A DNA stretch of 64,000 nt from Asterias rubens (Eukaryota): contig NC_047081.1 in NCBI RefSeq assembly GCF_902459465.1, positions 9,982,001 to 10,046,000 of the forward strand, written 5' to 3'. Positions 60,883 to 64,000 of the stretch are shown one piece after another. Within the stretch, counting starts at the first letter, position 1. Each line of letters opens with the position of its first letter. Position numbers and translations under genes: made by a program. Below the pieces are notes generated by a model. It saw nothing but the letters and a program-made list of their open reading frames with translations, searched no databases and was not told where the DNA came from.

Positions 60883-62814
60883 TTACAAACGATGCAAGAC
60901 CTTGACCGAGTGCATCTCAGCCACGATAAGGTCACCGGTAGGAGTAAACGTCATGCCAAGAGGATTGTACAAGCCACGAGCAACACAGCCGATGTGCTCA
61001 CCTAATGCATCGTAATGATGAATCTCAAAGATTCCCCGGTCACCACAATAAACAGACACATAGATGTCTCCAGCATCGTCGCAGCATAGTCCCAGCGGTT
61101 TTACAGGTTTGCCATCAATGGAGGTGCTGATATTGAACACCTCGTTTCCCATGAAATCCAGACAAACAAGTTTCATCTTCTCGAAGTTTGTAAAAATCAG
61201 ACGCTCCTTGCTGCTTACAGATAGAAACCAGTAATAAATATCGTCATGACGTATTGTGGAAATAATGGATCCATCCATATTATGCAGAGATATTACCTTT
61301 CTCTCACAGTCAGCCACTGCAATTCGATCTTTCTTGTCCACAGCAATACCACAAAGTAGACTCTCTGACTGCCCCTCGACGTGATCCTCTGAGGGTCTGA
61401 ACTGACGAATATATCTCAGTTCTCCATCATAAACCTTTATATCCTCTCCGTCAGTAACCAGAAGCAGGTCATCAGAGGTCACGGCGGCACCAAAAGGTTG
61501 TTTTAGTTTACCGTCCTCTGATCCACTTTGAACACCTGTAGATTTGTAATTACCCTTTGATGTAAATGTGAATAGGCACCTGCTTGTATCAGTAACGACA
61601 ATATCACCATTGCTGAAGCAAGCAACGTCTCTTGCACACTTGAACTCCCCCTCACCTTCCCCTTCTTTACCAAACTCTGTCTTCACCTCCCACTTCTCTT
61701 CCTCTAGTATTTCACCGAGATCTGCATCAGTGACGATATCATGACCTTTGAACCCGATGAATGACTTGCTATGCTGCACTGTTTGAAACTGGAGCTCTTT
61801 GTGGAAGTCTAAGTTGTGCATAACTTTTGGCTTCAGGTCCAGCAGCTCAAAGTTATCAGCATGATGCATCAAGTCATTGACTGAAGCTACGATCTGCTCT
61901 GCACGGCTCATCTTATCGTGATTGCTGCTCTGTGTGCTCTCAAATCCCTCACCTCTTTCTTGACCAATTTGAGTGATTCTTTCTTGAAGGAGGCGAGATG
62001 CATTTCTTATCTTAGTGATTTCCTCTTCCTCCTTAGCCACAATATCTCGAAGAGCCCGGTCGACCATGAGCTGTAATCTACGATGCGAGTGCTTGATAGA
62101 GTCGTCCACTTTTTGGAATTGTTTGCGACACTCGTCAAACTTCTGCAAGGCTTCATCAACAGCTCGACGATAAGATCGAATGGAATCATTGATCTCAGAG
62201 AGATTGTGGCTTGACGCTCGGTGATCAAACACCGCACATTTGAGACACACAAGTAAATCACACGTATCGCAATAGAAACACAGGTCCTGGTCACTGTGTT
62301 TTCGGCACTTTTGTGGCTCAGTTTTGTTCTTGTCTTTGGGTCGCTCATTTGACGAGCCGACAGCATCAACGATTTGATGATGCTTGTTTTTTTTTAGTTT
62401 TGCATGGTTTTTCAGACATGTTTTGCAAAAAATTGCATCACAGTCAACACACCGTGAGACATCTTCAAGACCTTCGTCGCACCAAACGCAAGTCAAGACA
62501 GGTGGGTTAATGTTCTTCTTTGGACCTTCAAGATTGATGACGTCATCAATAAGCGAGCTCAAGAAAAAGCAGCCAAGAAGATCCGACAATCCCCCGTCTG
62601 GGATTGACGTTTCTTTTTTACACATTGGGCAAATAATAGTGTCCGTCTTCGGATCCTGTTTGTCTATAAGTTCCTGAAGACATTTGAAGCAAAAGCTGTG
62701 CAGACAGTCCAGGATTTTCGGATTGGTGAACCGACTCAGGCAGATTGGGCATTCGATGTGTACATGGCTTATCTTGCAAGTGGTCTCAGTGGTGGGTAGT
62801 GCGGCTTCGGCCAT
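60883..62814 (-). CDS. TRIM-NHL E3 ligase copy 4, 643 aa
   Basis: Intact ORF with the same architecture as copy 1. Confidence 0.92.
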   Translation of the reverse strand: MAEAALPTTETTCKISHVHIECPICLSRFTNPKILDCLHSFCFKCLQELIDKQDPKTDTIICPMCKKETSIPDGGLSDLLGCFFLSSLIDDVINLEGPKKNINPPVLTCVWCDEGLEDVSRCVDCDAIFCKTCLKNHAKLKKNKHHQIVDAVGSSNERPKDKNKTEPQKCRKHSDQDLCFYCDTCDLLVCLKCAVFDHRASSHNLSEINDSIRSYRRAVDEALQKFDECRKQFQKVDDSIKHSHRRLQLMVDRALRDIVAKEEEEITKIRNASRLLQERITQIGQERGEGFESTQSSNHDKMSRAEQIVASVNDLMHHADNFELLDLKPKVMHNLDFHKELQFQTVQHSKSFIGFKGHDIVTDADLGEILEEEKWEVKTEFGKEGEGEGEFKCARDVACFSNGDIVVTDTSRCLFTFTSKGNYKSTGVQSGSEDGKLKQPFGAAVTSDDLLLVTDGEDIKVYDGELRYIRQFRPSEDHVEGQSESLLCGIAVDKKDRIAVADCERKVISLHNMDGSIISTIRHDDIYYWFLSVSSKERLIFTNFEKMKLVCLDFMGNEVFNISTSIDGKPVKPLGLCCDDAGDIYVSVYCGDRGIFEIHHYDALGEHIGCVARGLYNPLGMTFTPTGDLIVAEMHSVKVLHRL

Positions 62815-63125
62815 CTTGATGAGAAAGGGGTTCTGTTACCTGATGAAATAAACCAATGTTCATTTTACAATCGGTAAGTTAGCCTGAACATCTGACGTCA
62901 CACTTCGAGGCTTGTGAGTAACACCAGAGACTGGCCTCCAGTCGGCGTGTATCTTCACCTTTGACCTACATTCATTTCACAGAGATACGCAGTCAATGCA
63001 AGTACATATGCACATGCATGTAAGGTATACAATCACATTCTGGCTACGGGCCTTTATTTGTTGATCCTAAAAAACACAAACTTCAAAAACTCCGCTAATA
63101 TTTCGTATAGCTTTCAAACATTTTG

Positions 63126-64000
63126 ATCGAGTCAACCATGATTTTCTTTTGTACAAACTGAATTCCTACAATATTCATCCAAATGTATTAATTTTGTTAC
63201 AAAGTTATCTAACTGGCAGAAAACATAGAGTAGTTGTGGATGGTTTTTCTTCCGAATGGAAAACAGTGCCCTCTGGAATTCCACAGGGTTCAATTCTAGG
63301 ACCTCTCTTATTTACATTTTTTGTTAACGATCTTCCTGAATGTTTAAGTAATAAATGTTTACTTTATGCTGATGATCTGAAGGTTTTTCGTCAGATTGGT
63401 TGCACAGCCGATACTATTTCTTTGCAGGCTGACTTAGATAGAATTCTTGACTGGTCTAAAACATGGCGTCTATTTCTTAACGTTAACAAATGTAGCATTT
63501 TAACCCTGACTCTTAAGACGAAGCCTGTCAATTGATTATACCTTAGGTGATAATATTCTTACTCGTGTTGATGTCCAAAAAGATCTTGGTACTTTTATTG
63601 ACAGCAGACTCACTTTCAACTCGCACGTTAATACTATTATCAAAAAAGCCAATCGCATGAGTGGTTTAGTATGGCGTAACTTTCGCTCCTTAAAGAATGA
63701 GCATGTTTTACGTACCTTGTTTTGTTCTCATCAGACCTAATCTTGAATTTTGTACCATTGTATTTAACTCTATTTCAGCCCATCAAGCACATAGACTAGA
63801 TGGAGTTCAGTTTCGTTTTCTCAAATTTATTCATAGGACACTAAATAATGGCACTGTTTATAACTTGGATTATCTTGACCTATGTAAAATGTACAGACTT
63901 CCACCCCTTATACAGAGAAGAATATTGAATGACTGTCTATTTCTCTACAAATCTTTCCACAATCATTTTAGCAACACTGAGTTCAACCCCTTTGCCTTAC
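63126..64000 (+). mobile_element. Second copy of the truncated LINE (frameshifted at about 63530), running off the window
   Basis: Same 5' junction ctttcaaacattttg|atcgagtcaacc as 53428; gcctgtcaattgat versus gcctgtcaaatttgat. Confidence 0.9.

Larger units (their letters stand above)
32283..64000. repeat. Tandem segmental duplication array of TRIM-NHL units
   Basis: ATG-to-ATG spacings of 8009, 6711 and 9698 bp; spacers are collinear and highly similar. Confidence 0.93.

Overview
AT-rich animal genomic DNA; the repeat landscape and gene structures suggest an invertebrate deuterostome such as a sea star (inference). From left to right: (1) GTF2H5 (TFIIH p8/TTDA, minus strand), whose last coding exon is interrupted by a full-length BEL/Pao LTR retrotransposon (2157-8847) with apparently identical 651-bp LTRs, a 5-bp TSD and an intact 1801-aa ORF; the insertion swaps the last 4 residues of p8 for 18 LTR-encoded residues. 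(2) An 8-exon HADH gene (minus). (3) A divergently oriented 10-exon carotenoid cleavage oxygenase (BCO/RPE65 family, plus). (4) From about 32 kb to the end, a tandem array of 6.7-9.7-kb units, each with a single-coding-exon RING/B-box/B-box/coiled-coil/NHL TRIM gene (minus): three intact copies, one frameshifted copy and one deletion relic. The TRIM N-termini are nearly homogenised while predicted ligand-face loops of the NHL propeller are hypervariable, and shared LINE/MITE insertions show a mosaic recombination history. Introns and spacers are dense in TTAA-flanked (Kolobok-type) MITEs, other MITEs and tRNA-derived SINEs. All coordinates and comparisons were read by eye; no database search was run.
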